Source: Anolis carolinensis
Taxonomy: Eukaryota
Reading direction: 5' to 3'
NCBI RefSeq assembly: GCF_035594765.1
Contig: NC_085844.1
Location: 209,204,107 to 209,268,106, forward strand
Length of the DNA stretch: 64,000 nt
The translations under genes were made by a program, and so were the position numbers. Below are positions 36,700 through 51,169 of the stretch, one piece after another (position 1 is the stretch's first letter; the number at the start of each line of letters is the position of its first letter). Under the pieces are notes generated by a model. It searched no databases and had not been told where the DNA came from. It was given only the letters and a program-made list of their open reading frames with translations.

Positions 36700-37960
36700 C
36701 CCCATTTTTATGCAATTCTTTGCTCATTTGGAAACCACAGCTTGAGCCCTCTTACAGGCCCTTACTTTCTGCACCATCCATCTAAAATGGGAGAAATACA
36801 GATGTTCTCATATTTAAGACCTTTTCATCTAAGGGAAAATGAAAACTATAGGCAGGTTGATATCCCATTTACTTGGTTCCAAGAATGTCAGATTATTTAT
36901 TTCATTTCACACCTAATCATAAATTAGATTCCAAGGCTCCTAACTTTCCATGAAAAGTTATGCACTGGAGACAACCTTCAAATGAAGGGGAATCTGGGTG
37001 CTATTTACAAGGAGTTGATTGAGCGTGTTTATGGAAATGGACAATTTGTTCAAGTGCAATGGCAGTCCAGTTGAAATCTGATTAGGCTCAGAGTATGTCA
37101 CTCTTCTTGAGTATGTCACCCAAAAGCGACCGAAGAAGGGGTTCGAAAAACTACATTAATAGTAGTCAATACCCATACAATTATCCTGAATGACTAAAAA
37201 TATCACACAGATGTTGGAGGAGATGTAAAGATCTGGGGTCACATAATCACATGTGGTTCCAGTGTCCTAAAATTAGAAGTTTTTGGATCATAGTCCTACA
37301 CCAAGCACTACTGATTACCCAGCTGACTGTTTCCCTGGCTCTTTTATTACTACCTCTTTATAAACATAAAAAGTTGTAAACTTTTCAGGGCAGAGGTTAC
37401 CAAATGGAAGGAGCCCCCAGTGGCGTAGTGGTTTAAAGCCTTGTGACTTGAAGGTTGGGTTGCTGACCTGAAGGCTGCCAGGTTCGAATCCCACCCGGGG
37501 AGAGCACGGATGAGCTCCCTCTATCAGCTCCAGCTCCATGCAGGGACATGAGAGAAGCCTCCCACAAGGATGGTAAAAACATCCAGGCGTCACCTGGGCA
37601 ATGTCTTAGCAGACAGCCAATTCTCTCACACCAGAAGCAACGTGCAGTTTCTCAAGTCGCTCCTGACACGAAAAAAACAAACATGGAAGATGAGGGTTCT
37701 CAAATCTGATAATGGGTGGTTAAGAATCTGGAATATCTGGCTGCTTGAAAAACTTCCACACAGCACAAAAGCTTATCACTATCATAAAAGAAAATACATT
37801 ATATGAGTACTGTTCAATCTTTATTGAATATGTTAAACATTTACATCAGCTGCTGCATCTGTATGGCGAGACCAAGCTCTGGAAAAACAGTTTCTGGATT
37901 TCTTTTCTACAAGCGATGAGCCCTTTGATGGTATGGTGGAACATTTGGCCTCTAAAAGAA
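36700..37960 (+). mobile_element. Old L1 3' remnant interrupted by a SINE
   Basis: Decayed CWRRC...HMWFQCPKIRSFW zinc-knuckle at about 37210-37290. Confidence 0.55.
37410..37680 (+). mobile_element. tRNA-derived SINE (Anolis SINE2-like)
   Basis: Pol III A box TGGCGTAGTGG (37421), B box GGTTCGAATCCC (37481), A-rich tail, flanking repeat atggaag; second copy at 52398-52667. Confidence 0.85.
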
Positions 37961-40900
37961 TTTGGCAATACAGTACTGTATTTCTAAACTTGTGAAACGA
38001 GATGAGCATGGGTAGCCATGATAGACCATTCTCGATCAGGAGTGGGAAACTAGGCTACAAGGGCATATTAGCCCTCAAGGGACCTTTGGGGGCCAGCCCT
38101 TTATTGGAAATGTCTAAAAATATTTATGGTCTAGATGTCACATTTGTGGCGTTTTCACCATGTTTAAGCACCCTTTCTCCCAATTTCAAACCTAGAAGTG
38201 TCATTTTCTAATAACTTCAGGTCACTGAAGTTATGGGGCAAAAACCCCATATGTCCACAGAGAGCCATTTTGGGCATCCAGTTTTAACCACATTGGGTGG
38301 GGCGTGGAGGACACTTCACGTTACTTCCCCGTTCTACATGATTAATACAAGTACAATGGAACACTTGACTGGTGGAAAGGTAGCATTATTCCAGCAACGA
38401 ACAGTGGTACTGCAATGACTGGCAGTGTGCCCTCATCTCAGAAATGAATAACCTACATTTCAGGGGTGGGAGGTTGTGACCCTCCAGGTGTTACTGGATT
38501 TCAGTTCTCAATATTCCTTATTCTGTTGATTGTGGTGCTAAGGCTGCTGAAAGATGCAATTAAAGTGAATGACTACCACTCAGATTTATTGTGTTTGCAA
38601 AAAATAGTGACTGGGGCAAGCCTTTCTCAACCCAGTGCCATCCAAATGTTTTGCATTACAACTTCCAATATCCCCAGCCAGTACAAGACAGTATGATTTG
38701 TGGGGCTGGTACCTCTGCTTTCACTTGCCCTCATCTAACAAAATTTTCTATGTCCTCAAGGGCAACTATGGAAACTTGCAGCAGAAGTCATTCATTTCAA
38801 TAGGTTTCGCTATTATCCATGGTTTCCTGTTTCCCCTGTGGATACAGGGGTCATAAAGTAGTGTTATCAGTTTTCATGTGGGGAATCATTATGCCGAAGG
38901 ACATCAGATAATGTAGCGATTGAACTTGGTTGATTTGGAACTGAGTTCCACATCACTATGTTAAAGCTAACTGAGTTACAGCTACTGTAATGCTGTGTTG
39001 TAATATTACTATTATAGATTTTAGCCAAATGGAAAACCATGATTTCTCATTAGCCGATCGAATCACTTCCCAGGAGATAGTTATGGGGTGGCCTGTTGAG
39101 GCAGATAGTTCGATGTGTTAATTATCTGCTTCCTCTCAGGACTGGCCCATCTGATGACAAACCCAGACTCTTCCACGGGTCTAAAAAGAACATTTCTCAG
39201 TCCTTGTCGCCACAAAAGCTGTAAAATAGCTTTTGGCCAGGAGCCATTTGGCAGACTCACAAGTTTCCAGGCTGTGTCCCTAGAAGAGCAAGACAAAACA
39301 GTCGGCGTAAACCATTCTCTCCTTTGCTCACAAAACCAGCTATGTGATTTTTGAATTAGATGATCAGCAAAAAATGGCTGGGAGATAGTGTGTCTGGCAG
39401 TGCTTGTGGCTGCTTGCTTTTCTAGCACATGTGGTTCTTTCCCAGTGCACCACACCCTGTGTATGATCTGCCTTATATAATCACCAATGGCATTAAAGTA
39501 ATCACAGCTTTCAGAGTGATGGCAGCTCTGAAATGAAAGCCTCTCTTTGCCGCCCAGGTGGGCCCTGCCTAATTACACTGTGTGGCATTTCTAAAAGCCT
39601 GGGGAGAGTTAGGAGGAGATTTCCCACCTCTTGCTAGCATTATTCCAGTGCCAAATTTCCCATAAAGCATCAGTAGGTTGCTCTGTGAGTGCTTGTGATA
39701 GCAAGGCAACTACCACATTAGCTCCCCTTGTTTTCAGGAAACGAAGACATGAATTGAACATGTTCTGAACTGAACATGAAATCAGAGAAAGAAACAGAAA
39801 ACGGTGAGAGAAGGGCGGTATATAAATGTCGCAAATAAATAAATAATAAATAAATAAATAAGTGGGCAACTGTAACGTGGGTGATCACTTGTAGCAGAGT
39901 ATGATTGTCTTCCAGTGATAAAGTCTTGGCAGTGGGTCCATAAGTGATTGTGATTCTGGCTCCACATGGTCTTTCACAATGAGGACATAGTTGTTGTTTT
40001 TTTTTCAGATGAAAGGCAGTCATGACAAGGATTTGCTTGATGTTTCTCCCTTTCTCCCTCTATCCGTGCCTTTTCAAAATCCATAGCACTGTTGGTAACA
40101 AGTGACCGACAGCCAGTCAGAACGTTTGAGGGCCAGGGCTTCCCAGTTCTCTGTATCTATACCACATTTTTAAGATTAGCTTTAAGCTCATCTTTAAATC
40201 TCTCTTGTTGTCCACTGACATTCCGTTTTCCATTCTTGAGCTGAGAATGAAGTAACTGCTTTGGGAGATGGTGATCGGGCCTTCAGACAATGTGGCCAGC
40301 CCAGTGAAGTTGATGGAGAAGAACCATTGTTTGACGCTAGTAGTCTTTGCTTGATGCCCCATAAAACATTCCTGCAAATGAAAAGAAAATGTTTCTGTGG
40401 GGGGGGGGGGGGGGAGCATTGGACAGTTAGAAAAATAATGATTAGAAAGAATGCAAGATAATGCTGGCTACTGCATTCTTTTTCACTCAGAAACAGATAA
40501 TTGAATGTGGAGTACCATGATTGGAAGGTTCAAACCAGACAGGGAATTTATTGAGAGGGAACAACAACATTTTTTTCACTACTGAAGGTGTTGGATCCCA
40601 TATCTGAATTATTCTTGGGCAGTAGCTGCTGAGAAAATGTGTCAAACCAATATGACAATTCATTAAGTGATACATTATACATTACTAAGTCACCAGGCTT
40701 TGGTGGTCTTTATTCAAGCGTTCTTAAAGAACACAAGTGCTGGATCCTTTAATGTATTGCTAAAATCATTCTTCTTACCAGAAAAAAGGAAGACAGCCAA
40801 CATAATGTAGTTTTTAGAATTATTTAAGTATGTTAACATGCATATAGCCAGATAAGTTATTTGTGGCTTTTTGAAAGGTTTCTAACTTTCAGCCCACAAT

Positions 40901-42099
40901 TTGTCATTTCACTTATGGACTAAAATTGATTAAAAAACCAAGGGCTGTAATAAAGTGTCATTTTTCACAATGTAGGAAATTAAAAAAGAGTACCTCTAGG
41001 TTCTGAGTGATAACTGGTGCAGTTTAGCTGATTGCTAAATTATCTGGAGTCAGCAGTGAGCAATAGATTGCGAACATTTATAAAAAACATGATATTACCT
41101 CTCAAGTATATAGTGAAATGGGTAGGAAAAAGAGCAGCCTTGTCATTGGGTGTCATTCCAATAGCTGTCCTTATGATCCTCAAATTTTCAGACTCACTGT
41201 ACTACCTACCATTTTTCTAGCAATATAAAATGAACCTATTTGCCTGGGAAACTTGAGGAACATTATGGTGACATATTATTTAAAAGGAAAACTGCTCTTC
41301 CTCAAATTTTCCTGGCATATCACTTAATATTTGTTAATAGTACCACATTGGCTATGACTTTAATCAGTGTTTGAAGGGACCACAATGGATATGCAATCCA
41401 ATTGGCTAGGCAGCTAGTATTTCCAGTGTGTCAAAGGAAATCCAGTGTTAGAAGAATCTAGGAAAATCGGAAAATAAAGTTATAATACACTTATTTCAGC
41501 ATATACCACCTTTACAGTGACAAGGACTGGGAGTTACATTTGTGCTCTTGTACACGTGGGTGTGTACTTTCAAGTCACCTGTCAACTTACGGTGACCCCA
41601 TGAATTACTGTAGCCAAGGAGTATTCAACTAGTTTTGCTAGTTCCTTCCTCTGAGATGCAGCCTACAGCACCTTGTACCTGTTCATATTATACCATTTAG
41701 GACTGACCTTAAAGAAATGTACATGTAAAACAACAACCTTTGAAGCCTGGGAACAGCATTGGTGTCCTGTTCCCCACATACCACAGCTGGTCATGTGGAT
41801 GTCCCATGGTTTCTAGAACTCCATAGAGAATAGCTGTAGGCTGTTTACCCACACCCTCTATTCAATTGTAATGTTGTATTGTCCCTACATCTATTTCATA
41901 GTGGCACGTCTGGTCTCCTCATCTCTGCCCCCCAGCTCCCCAGCTGCCATCAAATTGTCAGTTAATTAAATATGGGATGATCACTCAGCAATAAATATCC
42001 TTACAGTGTTCGCCTAATATTGGCAAAAGGGACAGGAATTGGCAACCCTTAAAGCCAAATCGGATCCCCAAAATGACAGTATTAGTCCAAAAGATGTCA

Positions 42100-43250
42100 A
42101 ACCAATAGAATGTTGAATGCCAGATCAGTTAATGGGAAAACGACCACTATAAGTGATCTGATACTAGAAGAGTGAGCAGACCTGGCATTTATAACAGAAA
42201 CCTGGTTGGACGAGTCGGGTGGGCCTAACCTCACTCAGCTCTGTCCTCCAGGTTACTCTGTTCAGCACCAGCCAAGATGTGGAGGGCGGGGAGACAGGGT
42301 TGCAATAATCTATAGGGATTCTATCCCCGTGACCAGATGCCTCATCCCGCAATCTACCTCATTTGAAAGCGTCCACCTGCTGGTAGGAGACCGGGACAGT
42401 ATAGGGATATTTGTAGTGTACCGTCCACCCTGCAACACTACAAACTCCCTGACTGAGCTAGCCAGAGTAATCTCGAGCTTGGTGTTGGAGTCTCAGCGGC
42501 TTCTTGTGCTGGGAGACTTCAACATACACGCAGAGACCACCCTGTCGGGAGCGGCTCAGATTTTCATGGATACCGTGGCAACCATGGGACTGTCCCAAGT
42601 GATTTCTGGCCCTACCCACTGTGCTGGACATACATTGGACTTGATATTTTGCCAGGGATGGGAGAATGGTGGTGGTGTGGAAGAGCTCTAGTTAGTCCCA
42701 CTGTCATGGACCGACCACCACTTGGTCAAGTTTAGAATTACTGCAACCCCTAACCTCTGCGGGGGTGGTGGACCCATTAAGATGGTCCGCCCCAGGAGGC
42801 TTATGGATCCAAATGGATTCTGATGGCTCTTGGGGATGTTCCCGCCTCCTCGGTAGGTGATTCTGTTGATGCTCTGGTCACTCTCTACAATGGGAAGATG
42901 GCCAGGGCAATAGACACGATCGCTCCGGAGCGGCCCCTCGCAATGCGCAGAGCTAAACTAGCGCCCTGGTTCTCCGGGGAGTTGGCTGCGATGAAGCATG
43001 AGACGAGGCGTGTCGGCCCTGGTGGAATTATGTATTAGTCACCCGCTGCTGTGCAGAACAATTTGATGTTCCAGTTTTCAAAGTAACTATTATGTTGTTT
43101 TTATCTTGTATTGCATTGTTTTTTTAAATTTCATTGTGTGTATTGTATGCTATGTTGTCATATTCTTGTAAGCCACCTCGAGTCCCTGCAGGGAGATGGT
43201 GGCGGGGTATAAATAAAGTTGTTGTTGTTGTTGTTGTTGTTATTATTTAT
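42100..43250 (+). mobile_element. L2-clade LINE: APE endonuclease region joined to the 3' tail (RT deleted)
   Basis: LNARSV, ITETWL, YRPP, LGDFNIH, THCAGHTLDL and TDH motifs with stops; L2-type tail at 43170-43250. Confidence 0.8.
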
Positions 43251-46200
43251 TGTCACCTAGACATTCTTGTAGTAATATATTAGTACCACCAGTGTTTCTC
43301 TCTCTCTCATTATATCTCTATCTCCTATAATTTATGGGTTACTTTTCTACTGTTCCATGTTCCTTCTATGGCAGCTGCTGATCTGATCATGATACTGATT
43401 TTCACAAATGTGCTTGGAGGCCTTCAATTTCTTTGTTTCTATAGTATTAGATTTTTGGTACGTATACTGTCTTGGAAATATGTCTTTACACCACAGTTAG
43501 ACTAATTTGATGGGCCTTGGAATCTGTTTTTCAGCACCAGCTTCTTACATTCCAGTCTCTGCACATCAGCTATATTCAATAAACAATAACAAGACCAAAA
43601 TAAAAAATGTTGTAAAAATTATTCAGTAATTTTTATCTCATCATGCATTCTTGTTTCAATTAAGGCACATTATCCCCAGCATGAGAGGGCCAAAACTATT
43701 TTTAAATGTGCATTTGATATGGACATGAAAAAGTCTTTAAGGATGCTCCCAGGATGTGAAACTGCCTTCCAAGGCAAGCAAAGGCCTTTTTATTCTGGCA
43801 GGCTTTTGAATATGAACTGGCTTTTGAAGAAAGGTCTCTTAGTGGAGATTGCTACACTTTCTGTCCACTCATGTTGTCAAATTGTTTAACTTCAGATATT
43901 GTCTTTTAACATGAAAGCCTATTTACTGTAATTGTTTTGCAACTGATCTTTGTTGTGTGTGGTTTGATATATGCATTTTAATCATGTTGTATTTGTCTGT
44001 TTAACCATGTTGTACCCTGCCTCGAACCATAGGGAGAGACGGATAACAAATAATCATCATCATTAACATCACAATGGTTTTATATCTGTATTTGAACAGA
44101 GCAAAAAAAAAAATAGATAGGAGGCAGCACTCTTTAGTTGTCCTATTTGTTGAATCAGTAAAGCCACTACCCATGTTTACGATATGAGTGAATTTACAAA
44201 ATCCATGTATTTGTGTTTGCATGTTTCCTTAGAAAACAAACAAAAGACTGCTATCAACAATCTGTCCCCAGATCATCAGAAATCAGCATATTTATTTTGT
44301 TTGATTCTTTCATGATGAAGCTCTTGATGCCACTAGTCTTTCTACAGACTTGCATTTTAGGATGCTTGATGTGGATCCCCTCCTCTGCCTTTTACATGCA
44401 AAAGAATGCTGCTATCTTTCTTTGAGGGGCATGAGATGCTAATGTAAACCAGCCAAGCCTGTGAATTACAAGGCAGTAGTCATGAAGAAAGCCAGCTCAG
44501 GCATGTTATTGAGATTTCTTTTGGCTCCCAGCTCCATTCCCTTCCTGCTTAGGCTCTGACACTTTTAGCAGCTTTATATAAAGAACTTGTCTTTAAGAAG
44601 GCTTTAAGAGAAGGATCAGAAAGACAAAAATGTCATGCATGTTGGAATATGTTATAAAGTCTCACTATTAACTCTGCATCCTTGGAACAGCACAGCAAAG
44701 TCTTCCCTACCTACAAAGCTGTATGGCACAAGTTCTATCCTTCTTGGACACGTGTCAGAGCAAATGGCACTTCCTTTCTGCTCACAAAAAATCTGCTGTG
44801 TAATTTGTTCTGTTATGTTCTACTACAGTCATCCATTCTTTCTTTTGAGTCATGGTTAGAGATGAGAAATTTCCAGAAACATGCAGAAGCATGCAGAAAT
44901 TAAAAATGTTTCCCCCTCTCTACCCCCTCCCGAAAAAAGGTAGAGAAATGTTATATTAGTATCCTTTGCAGCTTGAAAACCATTTTCTTAATTTAAAAAT
45001 ATAAAATGTATTGTATGCATATTTTACTGCTTAGCATAACATCATCTTTTAGTATAGAAAAAGTACAGTTTAGTCACATAATGATTATAAACTGAATTTT
45101 ATTTAACTTTTTATTATAAATGGAGTCACAAATGAAACTGTTAGAAGCAAGCAAAAATCTATACTCTATTAACAAAAGAACCCATTTTGTTTCACCTCGT
45201 CTTTCATGGTCCCAAGCAGACATAAATCATTAATTTGCATAAAAAGAACATGGAAAATTATAGAGACTAGGAATTGCAATGATAATTTACTGTATACTAT
45301 GCTACATAAAAATCTTCTACTTGTACAGTTTGTAAAAAATAAATCTGAATAAATATATTAAGCCATTGTGTTAAAAATGTTTTATTCAGCATTGTAACAT
45401 TCCAAAATCCGTATTTCATATTCTAAAATCTATTTCCCCCCATTTTCCATGGGAGGTCCACATTGCAACAATACATGTTTGGGGGAATTCCACAATGAAA
45501 GTATTCTAGAAAAAATGTTAATGCCAAATGAAAAACATTAACTGCCCTGCCTCATACATTTAAATATGCAGTACAGTATTTGGTTCTCTTTGGCTAGGCT
45601 GTCAAGGCAAAATATAAATCTACATACTGTTCTAGCAATCTTTCCTCACTTTGGCAATATTAAAAGGGACCTCTTGTTGACATTATACAGAGCTTGTGAA
45701 GTTTTAGGGGTGCTTTTCTCTGCTGTCAAACAACTTCATTTTTTCGTGCTACTGACATAAACATTATGTAACAGGAAGACCAATGCTTCCCCCACCTTGC
45801 AGCAAAGGAAGCTGATTTCAGCAACTGTTTACAGAACTTCCTACATATTTTATCCCAGGGTTGGGCTCATATTCAGTTGCAAAGTACGTCAGATGTCTTT
45901 TGGAGTGTGAAAACTCTCAGAGCCGTGTATACATATGAAGCAAACTGACAAAGCAGAAAATCCTCTTCAACTACTGAGAAACAGGTTTATACAATAACTG
46001 ACAAGCCAAGTTTACATAGTTTTTAAATGAAATAATTCCTGATCTCTAGCAGTAGTATTCCTCACTGTAGTCGAGACTGTATAAATTCTAAAACATGAAC
46101 CTTAAAACAAAGATGTAAATGCATGCTAGTCTCAGTTAAAATAAGTCCAGTTTAGACTAAATCAGAAATTGTAAATCAAATATTTAAATAAACCTAATTC

Positions 46201-48569
46201 ACGGGGTCTATTCTAATTAGGAATAGGAATTGTATTTAGGCCTGTAAAAGCTCCTCATTTCAAAATATATTTATTTGGAATTACCACTGAAACATGTCAC
46301 TAAAAATATGGGCACATTTTTGAAGTTTCACAGCAAAATCTTTCTAAACTAACATTAAATTCTTCCAAACTTGAGATACACGGCAAAGACATTTTACACC
46401 TGTGATGTTTGTACCATTACATTAAAAGGAAAACAACCACAAGTAGTTTATTTATTGAGGTGACAGGCTTTTGGATGGAAATTTCCCCACCTTTCCAGTT
46501 TCAGTATGAGTCTTTGTTTTATCAGATATGATACAAACCTCTTGTTATTTCTCAATGACGTCTCCACTTACAGAGTTTTCTGTCCAATCATGCAAATATA
46601 TCTGATACAAGATACTGTTCTATTGACTTTGCTTAGAAAGTCCATGGTTACAGGTAAACATCTGATAAAGGAAAAGGAATGTATTTTTTTTCCTTTCATG
46701 CAGTTTCTGATGAGGTAGTTTTCCAGTTATTTCAAATGAAAATGGGTGTTCTTTGGAGATTTATTCAAGGTAAAAGGAGATTTTAAAAAAAATCAAATCT
46801 GCATATTGTGGCTGTAGCGTGGTGACACAATATTTTTGGAGCACCAGTCCTGCACTGCTTCAGACTGAAGACTGTAGGTTATAGTAGAGGCAAACCATCA
46901 CATCCCCATACCCTTCAGGCCAATCTCTTATGGTAGGACAGAAAACTGTCTTCAACTGGCTCTGACCTTGCTTGTGTGATAATGAAGCATGTCAGCAAAA
47001 GCAGCTCCTTCTCTACAATTTTCCAAAAGCAAAGACCCTGATTTTTTAAATCTGCTTCTAAGTAAGTTCTGCCTATCTTCAAGCTCTCCAGTGCACAGGT
47101 TCAAAACATGCAATTTGGTTCGGCAAACCCCAGCATTATTATTTTCTTCATCAGATCTCAAACTCAAAATGTGTCATGGAAATGCAGTTAAAATCAGCCC
47201 ATTTCCCACAACAGGATGAATTTGGGACAGTCACCCCTTTTAGTTTGTTGTGAGGATAAAATAGAAAGGATATAGCAACAATGTATACTAACTTGAGTTT
47301 CTTTGGGAAAGTATACATTTAACAAATGCAATAGGATGTGGTTCTTAAAATGTCTACAAGCCTTACTGTGAAAAAAGTGGCAAATCTATGTAACAAATTA
47401 CTCTTTATACAGAATGGTTCGCATTGCAATTGGTCAAGCTGTCAGGCCAGGTTTCTACTGCATGAACAGAGTTCTGAAACATGACTTTTTTGAACTACAG
47501 CTACCAGTATAAAGTGCTATAATTCTAAAAAGTAATGATTCCACGTTCTGCATCTGAATGCAGCCTAATTGGGAAACAGGCTTGAGACTGATTAGTAATT
47601 GAAATATCACATTAATAACTTCTGTAAGAAAGTTAACAGACATCCCAGCATATTACGCATTCAATATTACTCAGTCCTAGCCAAAGTGATGGTCTGGGGA
47701 CTGTAAGCGACTGGCTGCTGGTCTGCAGTGAGTTTAGAGGACATCATCCAAATACAATACTAACATGACTTAAATAATATGGTACCAATCCCTAGCAGAT
47801 AGCAAAAATGAAATAAAACAAACATTAAAAATGCTGTCCTATTACATCATGTAGCTTCAAAGTCACTGATCTGGATAGTGTTCAAAACAGTCTATGTACA
47901 ATTATAATTCCTGAGCATTAAAGGCATTGAGCAACTACTGTTGTTGCATAAAGGCAAAGGACGCCACAAATAACATTTGGTGTCTCTGCTAAACATCCAG
48001 AGAGGGGTTTTTGCTCTGAAAGGGAAAACACAGCAAAGCAGGGGAAATTCTATAGACACAGGAATTTGCTGTTGTCCTTGCTGACTGAGGGTGGAATGCC
48101 CATCTCTCCCCGCTAGTAATCACACAGATCCCACAGTAATCACATTATTCTAACAAAGGCAACATTACTTGACATTATAGCTCAGACAAGTTAGTTTTCC
48201 TTTCTGAAATGGCACTTTTTCCACCGTAATGGTTTTCAACTGCTAAGGGAAGTAACACACTATCATTTAGCATCTTTATAAAAAAACAGAGAGAAAGCTC
48301 ACTGACATTAGAAAACAGAGCACAGCAATATAATTCCTCTATTGTCAACATGAGGCTAACAGGGCCAGCACCCATGCCATTTTGCTGCCTGAAGCAAAGA
48401 ACAAGATGGTGATCTTTCAGTTCCATCTGCACAAGCTGAGAAGACTAGCATAAGATCCTTCACGTCATCTGAGAGTGGTAAACTAACTTAAAGCCAACTG
48501 AGAATGAATCTACACTGCCATATAATGCAGTTGGAAATTGCATTATATGGTTAGCTGGGAAGTGCATTA

Positions 48570-48910
48570 CAGTGTCCCCTCACTACTTTATGGTTCGCTT
48601 TTTTGCAGATTCGCTGTTTCGTGGTTTTTCAATAAACTCTAAAAGACTATTATAAATAATAAAAAATTACAATTTACAGCCTAAGGAAGGGAGGAAGGAG
48701 AAGCTGAAGGGAGAGAAAAGGAGCCCAAGCGGCAACGGGAGAAGGAGGCGATTTATCAACACACGATTGGTTGATAAAGACTTAAAATAGTGTATAACTA
48801 CTAAAATAATGTATAGATATTAAAATAAATATAGTGTTCCTGCTTCGAGGATTTTCACTTATTGCAGGTAGTCCTAGAACGTAACCCCAGCGATAAGAGA
48901 GGGAACACTG
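48570..48910. mobile_element. Tigger-like MITE nested in a palindromic MITE (about 48505-49008)
   Basis: TA-flanked CAGTGTCCCCTC / GAGGGAACACTG termini; host element has tctacactgccatataatgcag / ctgcattatatgtcattgtaga inverted ends. Confidence 0.8.
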
Positions 48911-51169
48911 TAAACAGTCAGCCATATAATGCAGTTAAGCTTCATTATATGGGTCTACACTGAACATTTAATGAAGTTTCCAACTGCATTATATGTCATT
49001 GTAGATCCAGCATAAGCCTATCTTGCAAAAGACAGCCAGCCTGAGATCAAACATCAATAAAACTCATTCCAAGCTCCACTGAACATATTTCTAAGTGATG
49101 GGTGCAGATTTTTACAAATTTGTCTGAAAGCTGACTCGAGTTTTTTGGTGTTGCACAGAGGCTATGCACTTACATAAATTACTACCTAGAACTTAAGGTA
49201 GGATGCAAAACTGGGTTTCTACTGGTAGAACAGCATAACCCTACATAAACAGGAGGGGTGATCTTACATTTATGTACACCCCCAAAAACTAACCCAGAGG
49301 GACAGGAAGCAGAAAAGAGCCAGTTTTAAGCAGTTCAGTGTGTAGGGTGGAAGGAAAGGGAGGTCCAACATGCTGGTACTGTCAACACCTTGGATTTTGG
49401 GCTTAATTTTAACTTTCATTTAACATTTGGTTTATTCTCTGACAGAGTAGGAAAAATTCCTAGTCAATGGTGAAGAATGGTGGGATTACAACTCCCACCA
49501 TTCTCCACCATTGGCTGGAATGACTAGGGCTGCTTGAAGTTTAGCAATATCTGCAGATGAGATTGGGAGTCAGACATGATGGTTCTTCTTCCCTGATCTA
49601 TGTCATATGATACAGGCACCTTACTGAAGCTAAGTAGGTATGTGTATTGTCAGTGCCTCAACGAAATCCATGATGGAAGAAAGGCAGAATGTGCAACAAG
49701 GGTGGGAGAACTGTGGCCTTTCAGGTATTGCTGAGCTCCAGTTCTATTCAATTAAAGTCAATGAGAGATTTTGAAAACTGTACTCTACGAAATATCTGGA
49801 GGACCATATCCACCTCTACAAATGAGTAATTGTACTAAAGAAAACAATAACTATTGCTGATTAATTGCTGCCACATTTCCCCTTTTCCTCCTTGTTATTC
49901 CAAATTACTTAAGGATAACTGCTCTCCAGATATGAGCAGGAAATATTTTGATTTCCTTACACTTGAGAGAGCAATCCCTTTCATATTTATCCAGAAATCT
50001 GTCACATGTGTTCAATAGAGTTTATTGGCTACTGTAAGCCCCTGTGATGCTCAATCCCCGCCCCCCCCTTATAAAATGCATGGAATCAAAGATGAAAAAT
50101 GTCCTAGGACTGATTCTCTGGAGATAAAATAGCCTGGTTTCAAGTGCTGCAATCTTTATGGTTTGTGTAATCCTTTATCAAAGTTTGAAAAAAAAAGAGA
50201 GTGTAATTATATTTTGAATTAGGCCAGGCTTCTGCTTCTCAAGGCTTATTGTTGCATTAGTAAGGACTGATCTTGTTTGACAATTCCTGAATTTATATGC
50301 TAGCCAACAGAAATTTTACATGGTTCAGTCAAAGTCCTGGGCCTTTGACCTATAAAATTATCCTGAAACTATGGCCATAAAAGCATAGAAGAGAAGTCTA
50401 CACTAGAAATGTGCTGTTTTATGATGCCTGGCAAGGAGATGCAAAACCATTTGAAAGCTTCTTCTTGGCAGTTTCTTGCTTAGGAGCCCCCGCATTCCAG
50501 CTGGAGGTGTGGTTCCTCTGCCTGCCGTATTTTGTGATTTTTTAGTTGGCCAAATAAAGGTATCACTGTTTTCTGGATTTCGTTGTATGGTCCTGTTAGA
50601 GGTTCGTCTTTCAGCCACTTGAAAAGAGATGGTGGCAGGGAGAGAAAAATGTGGCAGCACTTTTAACACTATTTTTGTATTTTAGCATGAGCTTTTGTGG
50701 ATATAAGCTTACTTTGAAACCCTGGAACATATCTAAACTTTACACAAAAGAAAAAAAATCAAAGAAATAGAAAGCAGAAGACACTACTACCAATCACCAC
50801 AAAATCAGCCTCTTATCTGCTCCTCCTCTGCCTGTAGGCAAAAACCTTATTATTCAAACAAGAATGTAATGATTAATTGTATGTATAAACTGTTTTATCG
50901 CCAGGTATTATCTTGTTTGAGCCTGTTGCAAGACCCCTCTGTTCCCATGCCGTGAGAAAGGTGGGGAAGAAATCTATCAATAAATGTAAAATCCAACCTG
51001 AAAACTAATGGTGCGCCTACACTGTTAGAGTTAATGCAGTTTGACACCACTTAACTGCCATGGCTCAATGTTATGGAAAGGTGAGATCTGCAGTTTGGTG
51101 AGAAACTAGCACACTTTGTAGTTTTGTGAGATACCAGCACTTTTTGGCAGAGGAAGTTAAAGACTTTGT

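Noticed and set aside
37410-37500. Possible tRNA gene (A and B boxes)
   Set aside because: Continues into a SINE body with an A-tail and has a second copy with TSD; no clean cloverleaf.
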